Assembly: GCA_030037815.1 (NCBI GenBank)
Contig: JASHPZ010000062.1
Span: forward strand, 1 to 63,052
DNA length: 63,052 nucleotides
Reading direction: 5' to 3'
DNA from: Thermoplasmata archaeon
GTDB taxonomy: Archaea; Thermoplasmatota; Thermoplasmata; Lutacidiplasmatales; UBA184
Positions 18,121 through 27,600 of the stretch are shown one piece after another. Both the position numbers and the translations under genes were made by a program. Positions within the stretch are counted from its first letter, which is position 1, and every line of letters starts with the position of its first letter. Below the pieces are notes generated by a model. The model worked only from the letters and a program-made list of their open reading frames with translations, searched no databases and was not told the DNA's origin.

Positions 18121-18588
18121 CTACCGCGCCCGGGTGACGATCGCCTGCACCTGACGCAACAGCCCGGGAACGACCGGAGCCTCCCCGCGGGCCGTGGCGA
18201 CGCTCACGTCCAGGACAACCGCCGCCGGCACACCGTCCGGCACGGCGAACCCGTGCGGGAGGTGCTCGGGCACGTAGTACGAGTCCCCCTCGCGCACGTC
18301 CCGCGCCTCCCCGTCGATGTCGAGGAACGCCTGCCCCGACAACATCACGCCGAACTCGGCGAACCCGTGCGCGTGCGAGGCGAGCCGGACGCCGGGCGCG
18401 ATCTCGTAGATCAGGAGCGCCGTGCCGTTCCCTTCGACCAGCGGTCGGGAGCGGACGCCCGGCGCCACGACGACCCAGGCGGGCGCCTCCGCGTCGCGGA
18501 TCGTCGCGGAGTCCCGACGGGGCACGGGCCGAGCACTCGGGGTGCGTTCATAACGGGACGCTCGCACGCGACGTCTCGCGGGGCTCAT
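18121..18588 (-). CDS. Cupin-domain protein
   Basis: Cupin motifs HAHGFAEFGVMLSG and GDSYYVPEHLPHG. ATG at 18588. The N-terminal ~30 aa are Arg-rich, so the true start is uncertain. Confidence 0.65.
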   Translation of the reverse strand: MSPARRRVRASRYERTPSARPVPRRDSATIRDAEAPAWVVVAPGVRSRPLVEGNGTALLIYEIAPGVRLASHAHGFAEFGVMLSGQAFLDIDGEARDVREGDSYYVPEHLPHGFAVPDGVPAAVVLDVSVATARGEAPVVPGLLRQVQAIVTRAR

Positions 18589-18612
18589 ACGGCCGCGGCG
18601 CTTCCGGACGAC

Positions 18613-18984
18613 ATGCCGCGCCGGCCCCGACCCGCGGACGCTCGTCCGGCCCGGGTCTCGATCGTCCTCGCGGACTGGTGCCCGCACTGCGTCCCCCTCT
18701 CGGACGTGCGCGCCCGACGGCTCGCCCGCCAGCTCCGGGTGCCGTATCGCCGACTGGACATCGAGCGACGGGCCGAGGTGCGGGTCGCCGATCGGATCGT
18801 CCGCGCCCACGGCGACTGGGCCCCGGATTACCTGATCCCGCAGGTGTTCCTCGAGTGGACCGACGGTCGCGTCGACCACCTGTTCACCGGATTTTCCGAG
18901 CAGGTCGCGCGCACGCGACAGGGCTGGACGGACCTGTTCCGGAGCGCTTGGCTCCGTCGACTCCGGGCCGGGGGCCCCCGGTGA
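18613..18984 (+). CDS. Thioredoxin/glutaredoxin-like protein (CPHC active site)
   Basis: ATG at 18613. VSIVLADWCPHCVPL. 123 aa. Confidence 0.6.
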   Translation: MPRRPRPADARPARVSIVLADWCPHCVPLSDVRARRLARQLRVPYRRLDIERRAEVRVADRIVRAHGDWAPDYLIPQVFLEWTDGRVDHLFTGFSEQVARTRQGWTDLFRSAWLRRLRAGGPR

Positions 18985-19529
18985 CCCCGGCGCGCCCGGT
19001 GCCGCGGGTCGTCGCCGCGGCGCTGCGGCCCCCGGACCCCCACTGCTACGGGCACTGCTCCGAACCGGTGCGACCGCATCCGGTGACGATGCGCCTTCCG
19101 GGCTCTTTGGCCGTCTACGCCTGTCCCGGGGGCGTGGTGTCGGTCAGCGTCTACGCCGAGTGGGCCGCGCGCGACCCGTCGACGCTTGTCCTCCGCGAGC
19201 TCCGCCGCCGCGCGAGCCCGGCCCGAACGGTCCTCCGGCGCGACCTGCGCCTCGCGACGCGCCACGGGCCGGAGCTCGGCCCGGATCCCGAACGGTTCCT
19301 CGCCGAACGCGGCGGGGAGATACCGGTCCGCGTCGTCTACTGGCGTCGGTATCCGGTCCGTCGGGGCGCGGTCGTCCACCGCCTGTTCGCCTGCTTCCGG
19401 CACGGGCGCGGGACGGTCCGGTTCTACGTGGCGCCCGATTCGGACCCGCCGGCGCGCTGCCCCGCCTGTCGTCGGAGTTCCCGGTCTCGGGTTACGTCGA
19501 CGGGACGTTCCGCTCGAGCAAGAAGTTGA
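18981..19529 (+). CDS. Hypothetical Cys-rich protein
   Basis: The GTG overlaps the upstream TGA (GTGA). Motifs HCYGHC near the N-terminus and CPAC near the C-terminus. GC3 bias is good until the last ~13 codons, which overlap the convergent hydrolase gene. Confidence 0.45.
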   Translation: MTPARPVPRVVAAALRPPDPHCYGHCSEPVRPHPVTMRLPGSLAVYACPGGVVSVSVYAEWAARDPSTLVLRELRRRASPARTVLRRDLRLATRHGPELGPDPERFLAERGGEIPVRVVYWRRYPVRRGAVVHRLFACFRHGRGTVRFYVAPDSDPPARCPACRRSSRSRVTSTGRSARARS

Positions 19530-20322
19530 CCAAGAGGCCCGCGTACTGCTCGGGTTGGGTCGACTGAGGGGAGTGCCCGGTGCCCCGCATCGTTTCGAAG
19601 GTCCCGTTCCGCAGCAGCGCCTCCAGGCGCTCGGCGATGCGATGCACGAAGTTCGGGCTCCGGTCCCCCACCGTCACGAGCGCCGGCACGAGGAGCTCGC
19701 GGACGGCCGACTCCGAGGGCAGCGCGGCCTCCGGGTCCGCGAACTCGTCCGCCCACTGGTCGACGCGCTCGGCGACCCGCCGTTGACCGGACGCGCCGAG
19801 GCGCGACCACGCGTCGGGGTCCACCGAGAACGCGCCGACCAGCGCCTGCGCCGCGTCCGCCCGCTGCCCCGCGCCCACGAGTCGCCGGACCTCCGTCACG
19901 AGCCGGTCGAGGCGCTCCGCCTCGGCCGCGGTGTCGGGCGTCCCTCGCAACAACCCGATAAAGGGCGGTTCGTGCAACGCGACGCTGCGCACGAGCTCCG
20001 GTCGCTCGTGGGCCAGGCGCAGGGCGACCGCGCCCGCGTAGGAGTGCGCGATCAGGTGCGCGGGGTAGAAGTCCTCCGCCACGAGCAGCTCCCCCAAGTC
20101 GCCGGCGTCGGCCCGAACGCGGGCGTCGGACCAAGGCCCGCGGCTCTCCCCGTAGCCGCGGCGGTCGTAGGTGAGAATGCTCAGCGACTGCGCCAGGAGC
20201 GGGGCGACCCGGTCGAACGCGTGCCGGTCTTCGAGCGAGCCGTGGACGAGCACGGTCGGGTCCCCGTCGGCGCCGTGCCGCTCGTAGCCGAGCCGCACCG
20301 GTCCGAGCTGTGCCTCCGACAT
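19492..20322 (-). CDS. Alpha/beta-fold hydrolase
   Basis: The nucleophile elbow is LIAHSYAG. Also VLVHGS and a C-terminal GTGHSPQ. ATG at 20322, with an alternative GTG at 20340. Confidence 0.8.
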   Translation of the reverse strand: MSEAQLGPVRLGYERHGADGDPTVLVHGSLEDRHAFDRVAPLLAQSLSILTYDRRGYGESRGPWSDARVRADAGDLGELLVAEDFYPAHLIAHSYAGAVALRLAHERPELVRSVALHEPPFIGLLRGTPDTAAEAERLDRLVTEVRRLVGAGQRADAAQALVGAFSVDPDAWSRLGASGQRRVAERVDQWADEFADPEAALPSESAVRELLVPALVTVGDRSPNFVHRIAERLEALLRNGTFETMRGTGHSPQSTQPEQYAGLLVNFLLERNVPST

Positions 20323-20415
20323 CGAGAGCCCGCGGCCCACGCCGCGACGTCAGATAGCCGTACGCGCGCCGGCCGAAGCCCTTAGGTGCCCCGAGCCGGT
20401 GGCGCCGTCGGAACC

Positions 20416-20706
20416 ATGCCGTCGTACGTGTACCTCGTCACGTGGACCGACCAGGGCATCCGCGACGTGAAGCAGTCCCCGGAACGGGGCGACGCGTTCC
20501 GCGCCGCGGTGGAAGGGGACGGAGGGCGCGTCGTCGCCCTCCTCCACACGATGGGTGCCTTCGACCTAGTCGTGCTGGTCGAACTTCCGTCGGACGAGGT
20601 CGCGAACCGGCTCGCCCTCCGGACCGGCCGGCAAGGATTCGTGCGGACGACCACCCTCAAGGGGTGGACCGAGGCCGAGTTCAAGCGACTCGTCGACACC
20701 CTCTAG
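20416..20706 (+). CDS. GYD-domain protein
   Basis: MPSYVYLVTWTDQG...GAFDLVVLVELPSD...TTTLKGW matches the GYD family layout. ATG at 20416. Confidence 0.7.
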   Translation: MPSYVYLVTWTDQGIRDVKQSPERGDAFRAAVEGDGGRVVALLHTMGAFDLVVLVELPSDEVANRLALRTGRQGFVRTTTLKGWTEAEFKRLVDTL

Positions 20707-20723
20707 CCGACGGGTCCCCGAAC

Positions 20724-21026
20724 GTGAGCGCGATCTTCCAGCGGCCGCTCTGCGACCTGGGACGGGCCTACGACTTCGCGCTGCGCCCGTTGATCGGCGA
20801 CCCCGAGGTCGGGAGCGGCGGCGCGTGCGACGACCGCCCGCACGCGGTCGAGCTCTACTCCGCCACCACCGACCCGTCGTCGCCGACCGCCGTCTGGCAG
20901 CGGTTCTCGCTCTGCCCCGAACACGAGGAGCAGTTGCGACGGCACGACGCGAAGCTACTCGCGCGCGGCGTGCCCAGCCGCCTGCGCTCGCCCATCGCGC
21001 CGCCGATCGGGGGCGGGTCCCGATGA
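20724..21026 (+). CDS. Hypothetical protein
   Basis: GTG at 20724. 100 aa. Its stop overlaps the aldo/keto reductase ATG (ATGA). Confidence 0.4.
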   Translation: MSAIFQRPLCDLGRAYDFALRPLIGDPEVGSGGACDDRPHAVELYSATTDPSSPTAVWQRFSLCPEHEEQLRRHDAKLLARGVPSRLRSPIAPPIGGGSR

Positions 21027-21880
21027 CCGGGGCCACGTCGCCGCCGTCGCGTCTCTCCGCCCGGTTCCCCCTCAACCATGGGTCGGGGATCCCGTGCGTC
21101 GGGCTCGGCGTGTTCCAGTCCGAAGCCGGTCCGACCACGCGCCACGCCGTCGCGTGGGCGCTCGAGGACGGCTACCGGCACATCGACACCGCCGCGATGT
21201 ACGGGAACGAGGCCGACGTCGGGGAGTCGGTCCGCGCCTCCGGTCTGGACCGCGACGAGGTGTTCGTCACGACGAAGCTCTGGCACACCGACCACGGGTT
21301 CGAGAACGCCCAGGCGGCCTGCCGCCAGAGTCTCGCGCGCCTCGGGCTCGGCTACATCGACCTCTACCTGATCCACTGGCCCCGGGCGAAGTCACCGGAC
21401 GACCGGATCGCCTCCTGGCGAGCGCTCGAAAAGCTGCGCGCCGAGGGCCTCTGCCGGGCGATCGGCGTGAGCAACTACACGGTCCGCCACCTCGAGGAGC
21501 TCCGCGCCCACTCGGACGTCGTGCCGGCGGTCGACCAGGTCGAGCTCCATCCGTTCGTCTTCGACCCCGAGCTCCTCGCCTACGCGGACGGGCGGGGGAT
21601 CCGGTTGGAGGCGTGGTCGCCGCTCACCCGCGGACGCCACTTGGACCACCCGACGATCCAGGGGATCGCCCGCGCCCACGACCGCACCCCCGCGCAGGTC
21701 CTCGTGCGGTGGGGGCTCGAGCACGGCGTGGTCGAGATCCCGAAGTCGGTCCATCGGGAGCGGATCCGCGAGAACGCCGCGGTGTTCGACTTCGCGCTGT
21801 CGGCCGACGAGGTGCGCGCCCTGGACGCGCTGCGCGGCGGTCCGCGGGTCGGGCTCTGGAACCCGGTCGACATTCCCTGA
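21023..21880 (+). CDS. Aldo/keto reductase
   Basis: Motifs HIDTAAMYGNE, LYLIHWP and VSNY. 285 aa. Confidence 0.88.
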   Translation: MTGATSPPSRLSARFPLNHGSGIPCVGLGVFQSEAGPTTRHAVAWALEDGYRHIDTAAMYGNEADVGESVRASGLDRDEVFVTTKLWHTDHGFENAQAACRQSLARLGLGYIDLYLIHWPRAKSPDDRIASWRALEKLRAEGLCRAIGVSNYTVRHLEELRAHSDVVPAVDQVELHPFVFDPELLAYADGRGIRLEAWSPLTRGRHLDHPTIQGIARAHDRTPAQVLVRWGLEHGVVEIPKSVHRERIRENAAVFDFALSADEVRALDALRGGPRVGLWNPVDIP

Positions 21881-21940
21881 CGTCGGGCCGGCCCGGAGCG
21901 GCCGGTTCCGGTACGCGGAGGGCGTGTCCACCGGTTGGCC

Positions 21941-21949
21941 TAATATATT
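21941..21949 (+). promoter_or_regulatory. TATA-like element (TAATATATT) upstream of the ferredoxin gene
   Basis: This is the strongest AT run in the region, about 34 nt upstream of the ATG at 21979. Confidence 0.45.
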
Positions 21950-21978
21950 CAACCTCGGTGGGACGTCATAGGACGACC

Positions 21979-22257
21979 ATGGTCAGCGTCGAGGTAGCCC
22001 ACGAGAAGTGCACCGGATGCAGCCACTGCCGCGATGTCTGTCCGGTGACCGTCTTCGAGATGCAGCCCCGCGAGAACTGGCCGAACGTCGTGGACGACCC
22101 CGCCGTCGCCGCCAAGTTCCAGTTCCGCGCGGAGAAGTCGGCCGTCATCCACGGACCGGACTGCATCATGTGCGAGGCGTGCCTCTTCGAGTGCGAGGGC
22201 GAGTGCATCACCATCGTGGACGACGAAGGGACCGTCCACCAGTCGACCTACAAGTAG
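21979..22257 (+). CDS. 2x[4Fe-4S] ferredoxin
   Basis: Cluster motifs CTGCSHCRDVCP and CIMCEACLFEC. 92 aa. Confidence 0.85.
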   Translation: MVSVEVAHEKCTGCSHCRDVCPVTVFEMQPRENWPNVVDDPAVAAKFQFRAEKSAVIHGPDCIMCEACLFECEGECITIVDDEGTVHQSTYK

Positions 22258-22285
22258 GCCGGCGCCGCCGCGCGGCCGCCGCCGC

Positions 22286-23269
22286 TCAGATCAGGTGCTG
22301 CCGCGGCCGGTAGAACGTCGACTTGACCTGGGCCGGCGCCCCGTCCTTCGGGAACCGGACCCGCACGCCGGACGACCGGCCGAACGCGGTGAACTCGAGC
22401 GAATACCAGACGGCGGTCCACTCGCCGCCCGCGTCCGGGTACGCCTCCCCGAAATGGTAGGTGTCGCCGATGACGCGGCTCGCCTTCCGGGCGAGCGGGT
22501 ACGACCACTCGAGCGCCTCGGCCGCCGACGCGGGCGGTCCGGTGTACGGGACCGGCTCGACGGGGCCGCCGACCGAGAGGGGACCGGCCACGAGCCCGCG
22601 CCCGAGGACGTACCGTCCCCACGTGGTCGTCACCCGACCGCCCTCCGCCCGCTCGGACAGGAGCACCCACGCGAACGGGTTGCCGGTCGGCACGACGCGG
22701 TCGAACGCGCCGCCCGGCCTCACGTGCCGGCCGATCGCGAGGCGGCCGGCGAGGCGCACCGCGAAGTAGGCGGCGAAGAACGCGATCAGGACGTAGACCG
22801 TCCCGAGGTAGACCGCGAACGCGACGTGGTTGCGCTCGACGCCGAGGAGCAGGTAGAACGCGACCGCGGAGACGACCAGCGTGACGAAGTTGATCGCCCG
22901 GTCGGCGTCCAGTTCGAGCCGGCGCTCCGAGAACGGGAGGAGCGGCGGGACCGAGAAGTTGGTGAACCCGTCCTGGAGGATGTGCGCGACCCCGCCGAGC
23001 TCCATCACGAGGAAGTAGACGACGGGGGAACCGGGGAGGATCATCGGCGCGAGGAGCGACCCCGCGCCCGCAACCACGCTCACGCCGAGCAGCGAGTGGG
23101 TGATCCCGTGGTGGCGCAGGATGGGGAACCGCCGGGCGATCGGGAAGAACAGCGCGTCCGCGTCGGGGAGGCCGCCCGCGAGCGCGCCGGCCGCCAGATA
23201 CTGGGGTTGCGGGCCGACGGCGAGGAACGTGAGGAGGTACGCGACCAGGACGTGGGTCAGTAGGTCCAC
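22286..23269 (-). CDS. Membrane-bound metal-dependent hydrolase (DUF457/YdjM-like) with an extra C-terminal domain
   Basis: MDLLTHVLVAY...HHGITHS motifs and multiple TM helices, followed by a soluble C-terminal region of about 140 aa. Confidence 0.65.
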   Translation of the reverse strand: MDLLTHVLVAYLLTFLAVGPQPQYLAAGALAGGLPDADALFFPIARRFPILRHHGITHSLLGVSVVAGAGSLLAPMILPGSPVVYFLVMELGGVAHILQDGFTNFSVPPLLPFSERRLELDADRAINFVTLVVSAVAFYLLLGVERNHVAFAVYLGTVYVLIAFFAAYFAVRLAGRLAIGRHVRPGGAFDRVVPTGNPFAWVLLSERAEGGRVTTTWGRYVLGRGLVAGPLSVGGPVEPVPYTGPPASAAEALEWSYPLARKASRVIGDTYHFGEAYPDAGGEWTAVWYSLEFTAFGRSSGVRVRFPKDGAPAQVKSTFYRPRQHLI

Positions 23270-23291
23270 GGGCGCGCGGAAGGAGCTCCGC

Positions 23292-23558
23292 TCAGAGGAG
23301 CCCCTCCTCCATCACTTCGACCGACTCGACGTGCGGGATCTTCGCGAACGCCTCCTCGACCTTCGCGAGGACGCCGCCCGCGTCGTCCATCACGACCGAG
23401 ACGAGGAGCGACTTCAGCCCGAACGCGATGTCCTTCACCTGGAGGCCGCGGACCTGGACGCCCTCGGGAAGCGCGGCGCGGACGCCGTTCGCGAGCCCCT
23501 GCATGTCCGTCTCGACGCCCTGGGGCATCAGACGGAAGAGGACGGCGACGCGGCCCAC
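23292..23558 (-). CDS. ef1b: Translation elongation factor aEF-1 beta
   Basis: (M)GRVAVLFRLMPQGVETD...AFGLKSLLVSVVMDD...VESVEV is the typical aEF-1beta sequence. 88 aa with a GTG start. Its usual zinc-finger neighbour lies immediately upstream. Confidence 0.88.
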   Translation of the reverse strand: MGRVAVLFRLMPQGVETDMQGLANGVRAALPEGVQVRGLQVKDIAFGLKSLLVSVVMDDAGGVLAKVEEAFAKIPHVESVEVMEEGLL

Positions 23559-23567
23559 GGACGACCC

Positions 23568-23741
23568 CTACGGACCCTCGAAGCCGCACTTCGGGCAGTG
23601 GTAGACGACCGACTGGTCCCGACAGCGGGCGCAGCGGCCAATCGTCACTTCGGCGCAGTTCGGGCAGAGGAACTGGGTCGCGCCGGGCGCCGGGACGGCG
23701 CGCCCGCACGAGGTGCACCGGAGCTCCTGCTGCGCCATCAT
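23568..23741 (-). CDS. Small zinc-finger protein (two C4 ribbons; the family conserved next to ef1b)
   Basis: [16 protein letters not shown]...[17 protein letters not shown]...[11 protein letters not shown]. 57 aa. Only the upstream part of the track ORF is rejected. Confidence 0.75.
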   Translation of the reverse strand: MMAQQELRCTSCGRAVPAPGATQFLCPNCAEVTIGRCARCRDQSVVYHCPKCGFEGP

Positions 23742-23758
23742 GGTCGACCCGTCCCGCC

Positions 23759-24610
23759 CTAGCGCTTCGCGGCGCCGCGGCGGCGCGCGGCGAGTCGGGT
23801 GACCAATATAAAGATGGTCCCGAGGAAGGCGACCGCTCCGGCGAGGTACCACAGGGAATAGTTGGGCGTCGGCCCGGGGACGTAGAACGACACCGAGTAG
23901 GAGTTCTGCCCGTTGCCGAACGTGACGAGCCCGCGCGGCACGAGCAACGTCAGCGTGAACGTGTGCGTGCCGGCCGAGAGGCCGAGCGTGACGTAGGAGT
24001 AGCTGAACTGGTAGTTCTGGTTCGCGTCCAGGTTGGGCACGCTGACGTTGCCGACCTGCGTGCCGTCCAGCGCGACCAGGATCGTGAACTGCCCGACGTT
24101 CGCGGAGCCGGTGACGAGCGTCGCCTGGACGACGTACGGCTGCACGACGTGGACGAGGTAAGTGATGTTGATCGACTGGTTCTGCGTCTGGTAGACGCTC
24201 GTCACCTCGACCTGGATCGTCAGCACCTCGGTCGTGTTCGCGACCTCGAGGATCGGCCGGCCGGGGGTGCCGTTCAGGATCAGCGAGCTCGTCGGCGTGA
24301 GCGTGACGCCGGTGAGGTTGGAGCCGAGCACCTGGGCGAAGTAGGTGAGGTTCCCGATGATCGTCCCGTTCGGCGCGACCGCGGGGCCGCCCGTCGCCTG
24401 GATGATGTAGGTGGTCGAGGCGCGCAGCGCGACCACGCTCGGGCCGGTGATGTTCGCCGTGACCGAGCCCGTGGCGGGCGTGAGGCCCGACGAGGCGGAC
24501 GACGCGGCGTTCCCGCCCGCGGGCGACCCCCCGCTCGCGACGAGCCCGGCGGCGCCCAGAGGGCCGGCGACCAGGAGCGCGACCACCAGCCAGAACGACC
24601 AGCGCGTCAC
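23759..24610 (-). CDS. Secreted, C-terminally membrane-anchored surface protein rich in N-glycosylation sequons
   Basis: The GTG at 24610 overlaps the aglB TGA (GTGA), and an alternative GTG lies at 24637. N-terminal signal-like helix [15 protein letters not shown]. About 10 N-x-S/T sequons by hand count. C-terminal TM helix followed by RRRGAAKR. Confidence 0.7.
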   Translation of the reverse strand: MTRWSFWLVVALLVAGPLGAAGLVASGGSPAGGNAASSASSGLTPATGSVTANITGPSVVALRASTTYIIQATGGPAVAPNGTIIGNLTYFAQVLGSNLTGVTLTPTSSLILNGTPGRPILEVANTTEVLTIQVEVTSVYQTQNQSINITYLVHVVQPYVVQATLVTGSANVGQFTILVALDGTQVGNVSVPNLDANQNYQFSYSYVTLGLSAGTHTFTLTLLVPRGLVTFGNGQNSYSVSFYVPGPTPNYSLWYLAGAVAFLGTIFILVTRLAARRRGAAKR

Positions 24611-27600
24611 CGTCGCGTCCACCTCCGGGTGCGCCACCAGCGGTAGGTGACGACCGCCGCGATCAGGACGAGCGACGGGACGAAGACGAGCACCGGGACG
24701 ACCCAGTCCGGGAGCGCGTTCGGCGGGCTCCCGACCGACGGACCGGTGACGGTGAACTGCGGTTGGCCGGGGCTCGGCGACGGGCGGATCGCCACGGTCG
24801 GGACCCCGATCGTCACGGTCGATTGGACCGCGCCCGAGGCGTTCAGCACGGTCGCCTCGACCGTGACGGAGACCGGCGGCGCGAACGCGGACGTCGTGGT
24901 CGTGAGGTTGACCCGCTGGGTCGTGTTGACGCCGGCCGCGATGTACCGGGTCGGGCCCTGCCCGGCCGACGTCGCCCCGATCGTCGCCGACCAGCCGAGC
25001 CCGGAGAGGCGGGCCTGGTCCACGATCGTCAACAGGACGGTCTCGCCCTGGTTCCCCGAGTTCGCGACGTAGAACGGCACGACCGCGCTGGTCGGGCTGA
25101 CCGTCACGCCCTGGGTCGACTTCCCGATCGACACCCCGTAGTACCCGAGGACCTTGATCTGCGGCGACGGCGACACGGAGCCGACGATCGTGCCGTTCGC
25201 CGTCTCAAATTCGATCAGCACGTTCGGGTGGTTGACCGGGGTGCCGGTCGGCACCGTGATGCGGACCTCGCCCGACGCGGTCGGCCCGTTGGGCGTCAGG
25301 TTCACCCACGGGTTCGTGAAGTTGAACGTCCAGTAGGCGGGGCTCCCGACCGCCTGCACCATGATCGGCACGTTGCCCGCGTCCCGCACGGTGTAGCCGA
25401 ACGTCGCAACCCCGCCGCCCGCGACGGTCGCGGACGTCGGTCCGACCAGCGTGCCGCCCGCCCGTTCGAGCGTCGGCACGGCGAGCGCGAGGACCGTGCC
25501 CAGGTTCGAGTTCGTCACCCGGACGGATTGGTGGGCGACCGCGTTCGAGACGACCCCGTTGAGGGAGCCCGGCGCGACCGCGGAGATCGAATAGACGCCG
25601 ACGGGCAACCCGATCGTGATCGGCGCGCCCGGCGTCACGTTCTTGAACAGGGTGACGCGGCCGAACGGGTCCTGGACGTAGACGGAGGCGGGGCCGGCCG
25701 TCGCGCCGGACGCGTTCGGGTTGGTGACGCTGATCGTGTCGGTCCACGTCGGGGAGAGCACGATGGAGGCGTTGCCGACGGACGACGGGAGCAGGAGCAG
25801 CGAGGCGAATCCGCCGAGCGGCTCGGCGCCCGAGCCGCCCGAGGCGTAGACCGAGTACGCGCCCGGGAGGACGGCGGCCGAGAAGCTGCCGTTCGTGGTG
25901 CTGACGACGGTGATGTTGTCGGTCGGGTACGGGCCGAGGAGGCGGAGCGACCCCGGGACCCGCCCGGGGACTCCGGGGCTCGTCAGCGTCCCGTTGAGGA
26001 ACACGGGGAGCGTGCGTCCGACCATCGAGATCGCGCACCGTTCCGAGGACGGCGTGACGGTACAGGAGGCGCCCGCGGCCGACGACCAGGCGGCGTTGTA
26101 CGTCCCGTTCGGCCCGATGACGGTCCCGGACGCGTTCGCGAACCCGAAGTACGTCTGGTTCGGCGGCAACGTCGCGGTGAAGGCGCCGTTGTTGACGCTC
26201 GTGACGATCCGGCTCCCGCCCGGGCCGACGAGCGTGAGGGTCGTGTTGAGCGACAGGGACGCCCCGGACGCGCCCGTGAGCGCGCCGGTCACCGCGAGGC
26301 CGGCCCGGTTGAGGACGACCTTCGGCGTGATCGTCCCGGTGGACGACACGGTGACGCGGGTCACGTTCGAGTACGTTGTGCCCCCGCCCGTCCCGGTGAC
26401 CGTCGCGGTGTACGTGCCGGGGGCCGCGTAGAACCCGTCCGTCGTGTAGTCGGTCCCGTTCGTCGAGAGGTTGAGGAGCGGGGAGGAGAGCGCGACCGTC
26501 ACGTTCGCGATCGGAACGCCCGACGGCAGCGCGAGGGTGCCGGTCGAGTTGACCTGGTAGAGCAGCGTGAGCGTCAGCGTCGAGCGCGTCGCCCCGAACG
26601 GGATGGTGGTCGAGAGGACCTGGCTCGGCAGGTAGACGACCGTGCCGTTGCCGATGACCGCCTTCGCCCCGACGCCGTAGACGCCGGGCGCGAGCGCGAG
26701 CGAGAACCGCGGACCGCCGGTGAGGTTGATGACGGAGACCGCGGTCGTGCTCTCCGCCGTGAAGTTCACGGTCACGGTCGTGCCGGACGGCAGGCCGAGC
26801 ACGGTGAGATTGGTCGGGACCGTCTGGATCGTCAGCGGGTAGGACGACATCGAGGCGAGCCCGTTCGGCGAGATGCCGCACGTGCTGGCCGACCGGAACC
26901 CGAGGCTCGTCGCCCCGACGCAGTACGACGGCGCGGAGAGCGGCAGCGTGGTCGGGAGGTACGCGGTGACCGAACCGTTGGCGTCCGCGACCAGCGGCAC
27001 GGCCGGACCGGTCGGACCCGCGGAGATCGTGACCGCGGCGTCGGCGGCGGGGTAGAACGCCCCGCTCCCGAGCGTCGCGCCGACCGAGAAGTGGGCCGTG
27101 ACCGCGCTGGAGGGGGTCAGCGAGAGCCGGGTCGTTCCGGTGAGCGTGACGGGCGCGATCGCCGCGTAGAGCGGGGTGCCGGGCGTGGAGGCGCCGGTGA
27201 GCGACAGGACGCCGTACGAGCCCGCCGGCAGAAGCAACGAGTAGCCGCCGGACGCGGCGGCGATCGTCGTCACCTGTCCGCCCGACGGCGCGTACGCCGT
27301 CACGACCGTCTCGTTGGCGCCGCTCGACCCGACCGCGCTGACGGTGCCGGAGAGCGAGACGGCCGGCGTCAGCTGGAGCGTGGGGACGACGGTCGCGAGG
27401 CCGGCGGGCGTGGAGACGCTCGAGACGCCGGCGTAGAGCTGGCTCCCGACGTAGCCGACCGCGTAGACCGCGTACTGTCCGGCGGGGAGGGCGACCGTCG
27501 CGCCCCCGTTGGGACCGGTCGTCACGACCGTCGCGTTCGCGAGCCCGGCCTCGATCGCCGAGAGCGGCGAGGTCGTCTGATTGCCGAACGTCGCGATCGG

